From Mobula hypostoma (Eukaryota), in contig NC_086108.1 in NCBI RefSeq assembly GCF_963921235.1, forward strand, positions 97,342,001 through 97,406,000: DNA of 64,000 nucleotides. The letters run 5' to 3'. Below, one piece after another: positions 1 through 11,964 of the stretch. The translations under genes were made by a program, and so were the position numbers. Each line of letters opens with the position of its first letter. Position 1 is the first letter of the stretch. The notes below the pieces were generated by a model. The model saw nothing but the letters and a program-made list of their open reading frames with translations. It searched no databases and was not told the origin of the DNA.

Positions 1-2311
1 ATGATGCTGGAGAGGTAGTAATGGGGCACAAGGAAATGGCGGATGAACTGTCAGTCTTCACTGTGGAAGACACTAACAGTATGGTGGAAGTTCCACTGGT
101 CAGGGGTCATGAAGTGTGTGAAATTACCATAAGAAGAGAGAGAGTTCTTGGTAAACTGAAAGGTATGAATGTAGATAGGTACACCCCAGGGTTCTGAAAG
201 AGGTGGCTGAAGGAATTGTGGAGGCATTAGTAATGATCTTTCAAGAATCACTGGATTTTGGAATTGTTCTGGAAGACTCAAAAATTGCAATTATCACTTC
301 ACTCTTCAAGAAGGGAGAAAGGCAGAAGAAAGGAAACCATAGGCCAGTTAGTTTGACATCAGTGGTTGGGAAGATGTTGGAGTTGATTATTAACAATGAG
401 TTCTCGGGCACTTGGAGGCACATGTTGAAACAGGCTGGTTTTCTCAAGAGAAAATCTTGCCTGACTGATCTGTTGGAATTCTTTGAAGAAATAACAAAAA
501 GGATAAACAAAGGTGAATCAGTTGATGTGTACTCGGATTTTCAGAAGGCATTTGACAAGGTGCCACAGATGAAGCTGCTTAACAATCTATGTTCCTATGG
601 TATTACAGGAAAGATTCTAGCATGGATAAGGCAGTGGCTCTTTGGCGGGATGCAAAGAAAGTGGGAATAAAGGGAGTCTTTTCTGGTTGGCTGCCGGAGA
701 CACAAGGGTGTGTGTTGGGACCGATTCTTTATATGTTATATGTCAATGCTTTGGATGATGTAATTGATCGCTTGTGGCAAAGTTTGCAGATGATATGAAG
801 ATAGCTGGAGGGGCAGGGATAGTTTTGAGGAAGTAGTGAGGCTACAGAAGGACTTAGAAGTCTTAGACAGATTAGGAGAATGGGCAAAGAAATGACAGAT
901 GGAATATAGTGTCAGGAAGTCTATGGTCACGCACTTCGGTAGAAGAAATGAAAGGGTTGACTATTTTCTAAATGGAGAGTAAATACAAAAAAACTAAAGC
1001 ACAAAGGGTCTTGGGCGTGCTTGTTCAAGATCCTCTAAAGGTTAATTTGCAGGTTGAGTCTGTGTGAGGAAGGAAAATGCGATGTTAGCATTCATTTCAA
1101 GAGGACTAGAATATAAAAGCAAGGATGTAATGCTGAAACTTTATAAAGCACTGGTAAGGCCTCACTTGGAGTATTGTGAGCAGTTTTAGACCCCTTATCT
1201 TAGAAAGGATGTGCTGAAACTGGAGAGGGTTCAAAGGAGGTTCACGGAAATGATTCCAGGGTTGAATGTCTTGTCATATGAAGACCGTTTGATGGCTCTG
1301 TGAGAGTATTCACTAGAGTTCAGAACAGTGAGTGCTGACATCATTGAAACCTTTCAAATGGTGAAAGGCCTTGACAGAATGGATGTGAAGAGGATGTTTC
1401 TTATGGTGGGTGAGTCTAAGACCAGAGGAGAGGATACAGTCTCTGAATAGAGGGGCATCCTTTTAGCCAGAGAAAGGTGAATCTGTGGAATTCTTTGCCA
1501 CCATCAGCTGTGGAGGCCAAGTTCTTATGTATATGTATGGGGTCTTTCTTTTGTTACATTTAAAATGGCGACTTTGTTATGTTAATCCGGGGAATGTGGC
1601 TTTGTTGTGCTTTAACGCTGAAGAGGGTTTGCGCTAGCAGTTTGTTTTACTTTAAATTGAGATAACAGGATTCTATTAGCCAATGGATGGTTATGTATCG
1701 TTTTGTTTTCGGATACCATGCTGTATGATATGACTGTGGACTGAGTTTTGGCGGGGAGTCGGAGGAGAGACGAGGAGGACCGCGGATGTGCGGAGAGGCT
1801 CCGGTCGATCACTAAGGGTGGTCCCGAGCCGTGAGTCGACGGAATTCGGGTGGTCGTCTGAAGTCGAATTGAGCTCCAACGTAGCGCGCGAAGAACTTGG
1901 ACTTTGGACTTTGATAAGTGTTGGCGCCTTTTTTTTCATTACTTTCCTCTCTGTATCAAATGTATATTAATGTAATAGAATTAGTAATATCTATAAAGTA
2001 TATTTGTTAAAATCTACTGGGTGTGCTGGCTGATGATTGATGTTGTGATTGATTCGGGTGGCCACCAACCCTGTGGGGAGTGTTGAGGCGGATGCTGGGC
2101 TGGATTTCCCCTAGACATACACGAGCCAATATAACGGAACGTTACATATATTTAAGGCAGAGGTTGATAGATTCTTGATTGGTCAGGGCATGGAGAGATA
2201 CAGGGAGAAGTCAGGAGACTGGAGCTGAGAGGGAAAATAGATCAGCCATGATGAAATGACAGAGAATACTCGATGGGCCAAATGGCCTAATTCTGCTCCT
2301 ATATCTTGTGG
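1..2311 (+). mobile_element. CR1-type LINE, 5'-truncated, degenerate ORF2 RT and 3' tail (interrupted by a solo LTR; tail resumes at 5622-5648)
   Basis: ORF 203-670 has CR1 RT motifs (RPVSLTSVVGKMLE, SCLTDLLEFFEE, DFQKAFDKVP); 3' end GGGCCAAATGGCCTAATTCTGCTCCTATATC matches other CR1 copies here. Confidence 0.9.
1534..2146. mobile_element. solo LTR (613 bp) inserted in CR1
   Basis: TGTA...TACA termini, 4-bp TSD TATA (1530-1533 / 2147-2150); removing it restores CR1 TTATGTATATTTAAGGCAGAGG (compare 13325-13346). Confidence 0.85.
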
Positions 2312-5300
2312 GTTTTTTTTGTAATTTATTTTTTATTGAAGTTCATCATCAAACAAAACTTTCCATAAGATGTATTTCAGATACTGTACATATATATCAA
2401 AAACAGGTGTCCCCTGCTTTTCGAACGTTCGCTTTACGAAACATCACTGTTATGAGCGACCTACATTAGTACCCTGTTTTCGCTTTCAGAAGGTGCTTTC
2501 ACTGTTATGACAAAAAAGCAGTGCGTGTTAAAAGGCAGCGCGCGCCCTGAGCAGCCGCTCTCCCCCAGATTCTCGCCGGCATTGCTTAAACACGAGCCTG
2601 TGAGCAGCTGTTTGCAAGATGAGTTCTATGGTATCGGAAAAGCCTGAAAGAGCTCATAAGGGTGTTACACTTGGCGTAAAACTAGACATAATTAAGCATT
2701 TCAATCGTGGTGAACGAAGTAAGGACTAAGTGAGTTTGGCTTGTGGAAGCTGATGAACATGATATTGGAGAAGTTTTGGCATCCCATCACCAAGAACTGA
2801 CAGATGAAGAGCTGATGCAATTGGAAGAAAAAAGGATAACAATTGAAACCGAATGAGTAATGATAAAGTACGACTTTAATTTTGAAAGGGTACGTCGGCT
2901 TAGGGGATATTTGCAGGATGGTTTGAGTCCTTACAAAGAACTGTGTGATAGAAAAATGCGCGAGGCTCAGCAGTCAAGCAAGCCTTCGACATCAGCCACA
3001 GCAGACGACGAACCTCGACCTTCGACGTCGAGGCAGGCAGAGATAGAAGAAGATGAGCTGCCTGCCCTAATGGAAACAGACGATGACGAGATGACACCCC
3101 AGTGTCCCACCACCCCAACCCCCAGGCCACGGACAGATATCAATTCGCGGAGAATGCAACGGTAGCCGGGAGGCACACAGCACATCTTTAAGAAAAAAGC
3201 TGAAATAAACAAGCTAATTAATTAGGTGCCACCGACACGTAATTGTCGGCCCAGATCAGAGACGACGCAATCGGAAATCTGAACTGATCTGGACCGACAA
3301 TTATGTGTCGGGCGGCACCTAATTAATTAGCATGTTTATTTCGGCTTTTTTCTTAAAGATGTGCTGTGTACCTCCCGGCTACCGCTGCATTCCTGCATGC
3401 TTCGTGGCAATGTATCACTCGGCAGCCTGGAGGGTGGGGGCCGCTGCACCACCCCAACCTCCGACTACTTAGCCTAACATCATCAGTGTGTTCGGCGCTG
3501 TCCCAATTCCGGTAAGTGATACTACACCGTACATACATTATTTCTACTTTATATCGGCTGTGTATCTTTACGTGTTATTTGGTATGATTTGGCAGCTTCA
3601 TAGACTAAAGGTTACTGGAGAGCGCTTGTGCTGGGTTTTTGCCAACAGCGCTTGTGTGAGATTTTCTGCCGACGGCTCTTGCGTGAGATTTTCGCTACGG
3701 AGAACAGTTCAGTAATGATTGTGGAAAAGTATTTCTACTTTATATAGGCTGTGTATTTATCATATCATTCCTGCTTTTACTATATGTTACTGTTATTTTA
3801 GGTTTTATGTGTTATTTGGCATGATTTGGTAGGTTATTTTTGGGTCTGTGAACGCTCACAAAATTTTCCCACATAATTAAATGGTAACTGTTTCTTCGCT
3901 TTACGACATTTCGGCTTATGAACCGTTTCGTAGGAACGCTCTACCTTCAGATGGCGGGGGAAACCTGTAGTCATATTTGTCACAAATCTCCACATAATAT
4001 TTATCTGAGGTATACACTTATAGAAAGGAGAGGAAAGAAAAAACAATCAAAAGAAGAAAACTATGTACAAAGTAGGGAGTGATCTTTTTTTTACAACATA
4101 TTCATTGACTTGTGAAAATAAAATCAGGCCTATGAGGTGTTATGTGCAAGCGTTTGTAGTTAAAACCATTTTTCCCAGTATGAATCAAATTGTTCCAACT
4201 TATGAACAACAGATGCTGCTATCTTCTCCATTTTGTAGATGTCTATTGTAATTTCCATCCATACATTTAAAGCTGGGCTCTCCTGTGATAACCGTTTCCT
4301 GGTAAAGGTCTTTTTACCAGCTACTAGCAGTATATTCATTAAATATTTATCTCTTTTCAACCATTCTTGAGGTATATACTCAAAATATACGTTCTTACTT
4401 TCTAAGGGTATTTCACATTTAAAGATGTCTTGTAGGGCATTGTGTATCCCACTCCAATAGTCTTTGATAATGGGGCATTCCCAGAAAATATAATAATGGT
4501 TTGCATTTTGAATTCCACAATTTCTCCAGCAAACAGGGAGGTTACTATCATAAAGGGATTTCTGAGAGGGTGTAATAAAATATCTTATCAAGTTTTTCCA
4601 CCCAAACTCCCTCCACTTCTGTGAACTGGCATACTTCCATTGATACCTCCATATTATTGTCCATTCTTCCTCAGATATTATTATCCCTGCTTCCTTCTCC
4701 CATTTTGTTTTAATGTATGAAGTCGAATGTGTTTTAAGATTTGACAAACCCTTATACACACTTAAAATTATTCTACTACTGTTGTCTGAATTATATGCTT
4801 TTCTAAATAGCTCTATCAAACATATCTTGCCTTGGTTACATTTTTAACCATCCTATTAACATACTGTCGCATCTGTAAATATCGATAAAAGTCTTGTTTT
4901 TCTAACACGTGTTTCTCTTTGAGCATTTCAAAACTGAACAGTGTTCCTTCTTCCATTATATTGCAAATAGCTGTTATTCCTTTAGCTGTCCAGTCCTTAA
5001 ATCTAGCATCCAGTTTGTTTGGTGTAAAATCTGAGACATATGCACACCATTTAAGAATTGCAATGTCTCTCTCTAGTTTATATTCTTTTATAATAGTTTT
5101 CCATATTTTAAGAGTCCATTTCACCCATGGGTTATCAATAGTATTTACGTAACTTTGTAGGTTGTTATCAGCCAAAATTCCCTGTATGTATCCTCTCCTC
5201 AATGTTTTTCCATTCAGTGTCATATTATTGGTTGCACCAGCATATCACAGTTCTCAACTGTGCTGCAAAATAATAATCTCTAAGAGAAGGTAGGCCCCAT

Positions 5301-5621
5301 CCCCCCTTTTCCTTGGCTAACTGCAAAGTCTTGAGAAAAATTCTAGGCCTTTTACCTTGCCATATATATCTTGATAGTATCTTGTTCCATTCATTGAACT
5401 GATTTTGGTTAATCTCTATTGGTAGGGTCTGAAAGAGATAAAGTAGTCTGGGCAATATATTCATTTTAATAGATTCAGTCCTTGAGCTGAGACCAAGAAA
5501 AGGAATTAGGTTCCATCTTGTTATATCTTCCTTAATTTTTTTATATATAGGCTGATAATTGCATTCTGATAATTTTGCCAAATCTTTTGGCAAAATGATG
5601 CCCAAATATTTGACAGACTCT
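2312..5621 (-). mobile_element. L1-clade LINE, 5'-truncated (ORF2 C-terminus, 3' UTR, polyA)
   Basis: ORFs 5225-5605, 4816-5223, 4160-4819 (KMNILPRLLYLFQTLP; zinc-knuckle-like CWRNC...HYYIFWEC); AATAAA and polyA on the minus strand at 2313-2337; TSD TATATC(T/G)TGTGG at 2300-2311 / 5622-5633. Confidence 0.88.
2404..3967 (+). mobile_element. Tigger/pogo-family DNA transposon, internally deleted, copy 1
   Basis: Imperfect TIRs CAGGTGTCCCCTGC / GCGGGGGAAACCTG, TA on the right; remnant N-terminal HTH (KGVTLGVKLDIIKHF) and C-terminal (EVLASHHQELTDEELMQLEE) transposase; second copy at 21344. Confidence 0.85.
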
Positions 5622-5854
5622 TATATCGTGTGGTTTTATGGTGTTATGTATTTAGGTAATTACATATACATAGGGAATTAGTTAAAAATACAATCAAGCA
5701 AAGGAAAGTTAAAAGAGAAGGAAAAAAACAATTCTGCACCCCAATTGAACAGCATATATTTATCTCTTTCAATCTGGCTCTGGTGCAGCTATGTTTAATT
5801 AGTACATGTGTAAGTTGTGTCCAGAACATACAACAGTTCAACACAGCACAGGAA

Positions 5855-5951
5855 TAACATGCTCAGAGTGCTGGAGGAACTCAGCAAGTCAGGCAGCATC
5901 ACCCCTCCATAGATTTCAAGATTTCCAGCATCTGCAGAACCTCTTGTGTTT
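5855..5951. mobile_element. degenerate PLE terminal-repeat fragment
   Basis: TGCTGGAGGAACTCAGCAAGTCAGGCAGCATC and GATTTCCAGCATCTGCAG motifs shared with other PLE ends. Confidence 0.6.
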
Positions 5952-6069
5952 ATGACAGCACAGAAACAGGCCCTTCAGCCTTGGGGCTTTGTAAAATCAA
6001 TTAAACTAACGATGCCAGCATACGGTCCATATCTCTCCAATTTCTGCATATTCATTATATTTATTTTAT

Positions 6070-6370
6070 TTATTTAGACATACCGTGTGGAACAGACCCT
6101 TCCAGCCCACCAAGCTGCACCACCCAGCAACCAACCCCCCCCCACTTAACGCCAGCCTAATCACAGGACAATCTACAATCATCAGTTAACCTACAACTGA
6201 TACGTCTTTGGAATGTGGGGGGATATCAGAGCACCCAGAGAGAAAAAAAACACGTGCCTACAGGTAGGACATACAAGCTCCCTATAGATGGCATTGGAAT
6301 CGAGCTCTGAACTCCAACACCTTGAGCTGTAATAGTGTCGCTCTGACTGCAATGCTACGTGACACCCCTA
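6070..6370 (-). mobile_element. V-SINE/HE1-like SINE
   Basis: Core CGTCTTTGGAATGTGGG...GAGCACCC matches 24290-24330 in reverse; CR1-like tail. Confidence 0.6.
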
Positions 6371-6551
6371 TCATGTACCTATCTTAGAGTGTTTTAACTG
6401 CCTCTGTCATATCCACCTCCTCCACTACTCCTGTCGGTGCATTCCAGGCATCCATCATCCTCTGTGTAAAAAAAGCTCCCCCAAATGTCTCATTTCAACT
6501 TTCTCCCTCTCGCCTTAAATTCATGCCCTCTAATATTAGCCCTTTCAATTT

Positions 6552-7110
6552 CACTCAGTGGCCATTTTATTAGTTACCTCCTGTACCTAATAAAGTGGCC
6601 ACTGAGTGTATGTTGGTGGTCTTCTGCTGCTGTAGACCATCCCCTTCATGGTTCGACATTCTGCGTGTTCAGAGATGCTTGTCTGCCCACCACTGTTGCA
6701 ACTCATGGTTATTTGAGTTACTGTCACCTTCTTGTCAGCTTGAACCTGTCTAGCCATTCTCCTCTGACCTCTCTCATCATCAAGGCATTTTCATCAGCAG
6801 AACTGCTGCTCACTGGATGTTTTCTGCTTTTCGCACCATTCTCTGTAAACCTTGTGCATGAAAATACCAGGAGATCAGCAGTTCCTGAGATACTCAGACC
6901 ACTCTGTCTGGCACCAACAATCATTCTGCGGTCAAAGTCACTTAGATCACATTTCCTCTCCATTCTGATATTTGGTTTAAATAACAGCTGAACTTCTTCA
7001 CCAAGTCTGGATGCTTTTACGCGTTCAGATGCTGACACATGATTAGCTGATCAGATATTTGCATTAATGAGCATGTGTACATGTGTACCTAATAAAATGG
7101 CCACCAAGTG
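6552..7110 (-). mobile_element. Tc1-family non-autonomous element, copy 1
   Basis: TIRs CACTCAGTGGCCA(T/C)TTTATTAG; TA at 7111-7112; ORF 6724-7038 holds a Tc1 N-terminal HTH remnant (DLSDFDRRMIVGARQSGLSIS). Confidence 0.85.
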
Positions 7111-7629
7111 TAACTTATGTTAATTTAAATTTCTGAGAATTTATGTTTGTCCTCATCTTGTAACGTTCAGTGCTGCTGCTGCAAAAAGCTAATTTTCATG
7201 GCATTTTTACTCTGTGCGTGTATACTAATGACAACAATAAACTTGAAGATGACTCCAATGTATCTCTATTTCAATTACTACAGATGGAAAGTGAAGTACA
7301 TTCATTAATGAAGGTCAAGTGGGTCACCTCCTTTCTCTAAGAAGTTTTCTCTTCATTAATTCATCTATAATTCCAGGACATGACTCAAACTTATTAGAAT
7401 TTCTCCAGAATAAATCCCAAATTAGGAAATTAATGGCTAACAGGAAATTTGCAATTACTGCCAAAGCAATCTCTGATCAGAGATCAAAATGACTTGATAG
7501 CTACAGTATTTATATTTTTATATCTATGCCCTGTTGTATGTTCGGATGCAGATTGCGTTTCTCAGCCCAGCTTACACATTTGATTAGTTCCAGTTTACTG
7601 TCACCTCTGCACTGCTGAATAATTCTAAA

Positions 7630-7945
7630 GTGAAGGTTTACTTGTCGTATGTACATCAAAACATTGAAACATGCAGTGAATTGTACCGTTTGCGTCAACT
7701 TCCAACTATGAAAGTCTATGAATGTGCTGGGGGCAGCCTGCAAATGTCGCCATGCCTCTGACACAACAGAGCATGCCCAGAACTTACTAACCCCAACCGT
7801 CATGTCTTTGGAATGTGGGAGGAAACTGGAGTGCTAATTCCGTCATGGGGAGAACGTACAAACTCCTGCAGACAACGATGGGAATCGAACACCGATTGCT
7901 GATGTTGCAAAGCATTCCAGTGGACACTATGAAACATGCCACCCT
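7630..7945 (-). mobile_element. V-SINE-like SINE
   Basis: TCTTTGGAATGTGGGAGGAAACTGGAG and GAACGTACAAACTCC motifs; similar copy at 27555. Confidence 0.6.
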
Positions 7946-8103
7946 ATTCTTTCTTGAATACAGCCAGTCTTCTCTAAATTCCCTCCTTAATTTTCCTTGG
8001 TAGTCTTCCATCTGAACTAGAGTAACATTCTAATGTTAAATGTCTGCGATTTATATGCAGCTTTTGAGGCCCTGAATTTTAAAGTTCTGCAGATATTAGT
8101 AAA

Positions 8104-8543
8104 CGTTCAAAGTAAATTTATTATCAGAGTGCATAGCTGTCACCATATACTATATACTTGTGGGCATTCACAGTAAATACAGAGAAACAATAGAATAAAT
8201 AAAAACACACGAAACACTAATGTGCAAAAGACAACAAACTGTGCAAATATAAAGCAGTGTAAAAAAGTTATAATAATAATAAATAAAAGAGAAATAAATA
8301 TAGAGGACATGAGTTGTGGAGTCCTTAAAAATGACTATTGGTTGTCAATAGGTTGTGGGATCACTTCCTTGTTGGGGTGAATGTAGTTATCCTCTCTGGT
8401 TCAGGAGCCTGATGGTTGAGGGGTAGTAACTGTTACTGAACTTGGTAGTGAGGGATTTCAGGTCCCTGCACCTCCTTCCAGATGGCGGCAGCGAGAAGCG
8501 AGCATGGCCTGGAAGATGGGGCTCCTTGATGTTGGATGCTGCT
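8104..8543 (-). mobile_element. Rex1/Babar-like LINE 3' end
   Basis: GTTCAAAGTAAATTTATTATC tail and 3' coding remnant are the reverse complement of 9980-10435 and 20360-20765. Confidence 0.7.
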
Positions 8544-9373
8544 TGTCACATACCCTGTGACGGGTTAAAGAACCAGCAGATGTGGAAAACACCTTGGAGT
8601 CTGGTATTGCTGTTAACTAATGCTCGTTTATTAGTAACTACACAATACAGTAATATAAAATCAGGTAAATGATACAGGTTAGCAATGATTATATATATAA
8701 GTGTGGAAATATGAAAACCAAGCTTCTTCAAGCCTAGGGGTAAATGGATACAGTCTTACGATGATGGGTAAAGGGAATGAGTTCAGTTTGTGGTATTGAA
8801 TTGAGTAGTGATGGAGAGAGAGAGGTGTTGTGGTTGTCCGCATAAGCTGATGCCGTCGATTCTTCCCGTTGTCCTTCGGAACTCCCAAATTAGCCAAACT
8901 TCATACTTTATTGACCACCTTGACCAACTTAAGAGCATCGTCTTCAAGTGATAGTCTATCAACCCAGGCAAAGGTTAGACACTCTGGTAGACTCCACAGG
9001 GTTGCTCTTTCACGCATTAATAATCACAGATCGATCCCTCACGATCGATCCTCAGTCCCACACCCACGGGCACCTGGACAGGATAGTGGTAACTTCACCA
9101 CACCTTAGTGCGTCTGCATGTCCTGTGAAACAAGCAATTACGCTGGTTTAAATACTGTTGTGCTGAACACCAGCTGTCCATCAAGTAGCTCCTCCCTTCT
9201 TTCTCTGTAGGAACTCAGAAGCTGGCAATGTCCTTGCAGAAATCCCAAACAAACTGCAAGCAGTCTTTGTTTCTCTCTCTCTCAATAACAAGTTGTTTGT
9301 GCTGTACAGTTGCACACTCTCTCTCTCTTTTTAAAAGCACCATCCATAATGAATAACTCAGGATATTGTCACA
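8544..9373. mobile_element. solo LTR (830 bp)
   Basis: TGT...ACA termini with short imperfect inverted repeat; 4-bp TSD TGCT (8540-8543 / 9374-9377). Confidence 0.8.
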
Positions 9374-9629
9374 TGCTTTACTACTTTTGCAGCAGCAAGT
9401 TGTTAATTTCCTTGCTGCAAAGTACTTTTGGAATTCAATGAACACCGTTGTCTTACTTTAAGCTTCTCTACTCTGTTTAACTTTATGAATTCTAACTTGC
9501 TTACCGACCGGTCATTTTTCACGGCCGTATCAGAAGAAGATCTTTATTATCATGGAATTTATTTAAAGATATGGTACAGTTGTCTGGGTTCAGAGGTATG
9601 AGTAGTTGTCACAACTGGGGACTTCAGTG

Positions 9630-10436
9630 GGTGCACTACAAATACAACCTCTCACTCAATATCAGCAAGACCAAGGAGATAATTATTGACTTCAGGAGGT
9701 GGAAACCAGAAGTCCATGAGCCATTCCACATCAGGGGATCAGAGATGGAGGGGGGGGCAGCAACTTTAAGTTTCTTGGTGTTATCATTTCAGATGATTTT
9801 TCCTGGGCCCAGCACATAAGTGCAAAGAAAAGCACGGCAGCGTCTCTACTTTCTTAGAAGCTTGCAAAGATTCGGGATGTCATCTAAAACTTTGACAAAC
9901 TTCTGTAGAATGCAATCCATCACGGGTAAAGCACTCCCCACCACTGAGCACATCTGCACGGAGCACTGTTGCAGGAAAGCAGCATCCATCACTAAGGACC
10001 CCCACACATCCGGGCCATGCTCGCTTCTCGCTGCTGCCATTAGGAAGGTGGTACAGGAGCCTCGAACCTGCGGCATCAGGCTCTCGTACCAGTCGGGATA
10101 ACTTCACTTGCATCATCACTGAACTGCTCTGACAACAAATGGACTCACTTTCAATGAATCTTCATCTCATGTTCTCGATACTTATTGTTTATTTATTTAT
10201 TTATTAATTATAATTCCTTCTTTATTTCTCCTACTTTTCATATTTGCACAGTTTGTTGTTTGTTTTTTGCACATTGGTCATTTGCTCCTCCTGTTCGGTG
10301 CAGTCTTTCATTGATTCTATTGTGTTTCTTGTATTTACTGTGATTGCTCACAAGAAAATGAATCTCAGGGTTGTATATGGTGACATTTATGTACTTTGAT
10401 AGTAAATTTACTTTAAGCTTTGAACTTTGAACTTTC
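9630..10436 (+). mobile_element. Rex1/Babar-like LINE 3' fragment
   Basis: LNISKTKEIIIDFRR and KARQRLYFLRSL motifs; (TTTGAAC)n tail. Confidence 0.8.
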
Positions 10437-10479
10437 CTTGGTTGCAGTGGACCTGATCTCTCAACAGCATTCAATTCCC

Positions 10480-11340
10480 GGCCCCGATCACCTTTATTTT
10501 CACCATGGATATCCAGTCCCTATGTACTTCTATCCCAGATCAAGAAGGCCTTAAAGCTCTCTGATTCTTTCTCAACAAAAGACACAACAAGTTCTCCTTC
10601 ACCGCCACCCTCCTCCATCTGGCAGAACTCGTCCTCACCCTCATCAATGTCTCCTTTGGCTTCTCTATTTTCTCCAAACTCAAGAGTGGCCATGGGTACC
10701 TGCCTGGGCCCCTGCTAAGCCTGCCTTTTCATTGGCTGTGTGAAGCACCCTTTGTCCCAAACCTTCCCCAGTAAAGCTCCCTAACTCTGCATTGACAACT
10801 GCATTGGTGGTGCTTCCTGCACCTCATATGTTGAGCTTGTGAATTTAATCAACTTTGCCTCCAACTTCCATCCTACCCTTAGGTTCACTTGGTCCATTTC
10901 CAACATCTCCCTCCTCTTTCTTGCTATCCCTCTCTCCATCTCTGGAGACAAACAGTCTAGCAATACCTTTTATAAATCTACAGATTCCCATGGACTACTT
11001 GACTATACATTTTCCTACTGTCTCCTGTAAAAAGTTGTTTCCTTTTCTTAATTCCTTCGTTTCCACATCTTTTCCTAAGATGAGGCCTTCCTTTCTAGGA
11101 CATTAGAAATGTCCTCCTTCTTTAAAGAATGGGGGTTTCACTTTCTTCACCATTCATGCATCTCCTCCATTTTACGGTCATCTACACTCATTCCATCTTC
11201 CTGCCATCTTAACAGGAATAGAGTTCCTCTTGTCTTCAGCTTCCACCCAATGAGCTTCCACATCCAACACATTACTTTCTTCAATGGGATCCTACCACCA
11301 AACGCATCTTTACCTACCCCCTCGCTTCGCTTTCTGCAGG
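10480..11340 (+). mobile_element. Penelope-like element RT fragment (decayed)
   Basis: MDIQSLCTSI, AMGT, INFASNFHPTLRFTWSIS; colinear with 30730-30910 and 37340-38000. Confidence 0.8.
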
Positions 11341-11964
11341 GTTCAATTTAATATCAGAGAATGTACACAACATACAACCTGAACTTTTTACTCTTCGCAG
11401 ACATCCATGAAACAGAAAAGACATCAAAGAATAAATGACAGAAATGTTAGCCCCCCTCCCCCAATGCACAAGCAGCCGTACTGTGTCATATAAGTCAGTG
11501 ATAATAAGCCTGATTCTGATTCTCTCTGTCTGCTCCATTTCATTCCCTAAGTGTTAAAAAAGAAAGTGTGTAGACAAGTATAAGATTCTCTCTCTTGTAC
11601 TGAACAAAGAATTGTGACTCTAGCCATGGATTTCCATGTGAAATGTCTTTGCACTGCCTGAGACTCCTGCAGGGTGACCAACACCTCTCTGAATTATATT
11701 CTGTACGCCACTTTTTGCCCAACTCACAATCCTTTAGGTGTCTTGTTGCAGTCAAAAGCTTTCCTCCTCAATGTCAATCTATCAGATAATTTTTGTAGCA
11801 TTCTCATATTGTTTTAAACATTGAACGCCGGAATTTCTTGCTGTCAAACCGGAGACAGATAAAAGTTAACTGCACTGGTTTGTCATTGTCAGGTCTGGCC
11901 AGACGCAACTGGGAAAATTAATTCCGTGAAGATGAGTTTTAACAATTTTTCATTAATCTTATGG

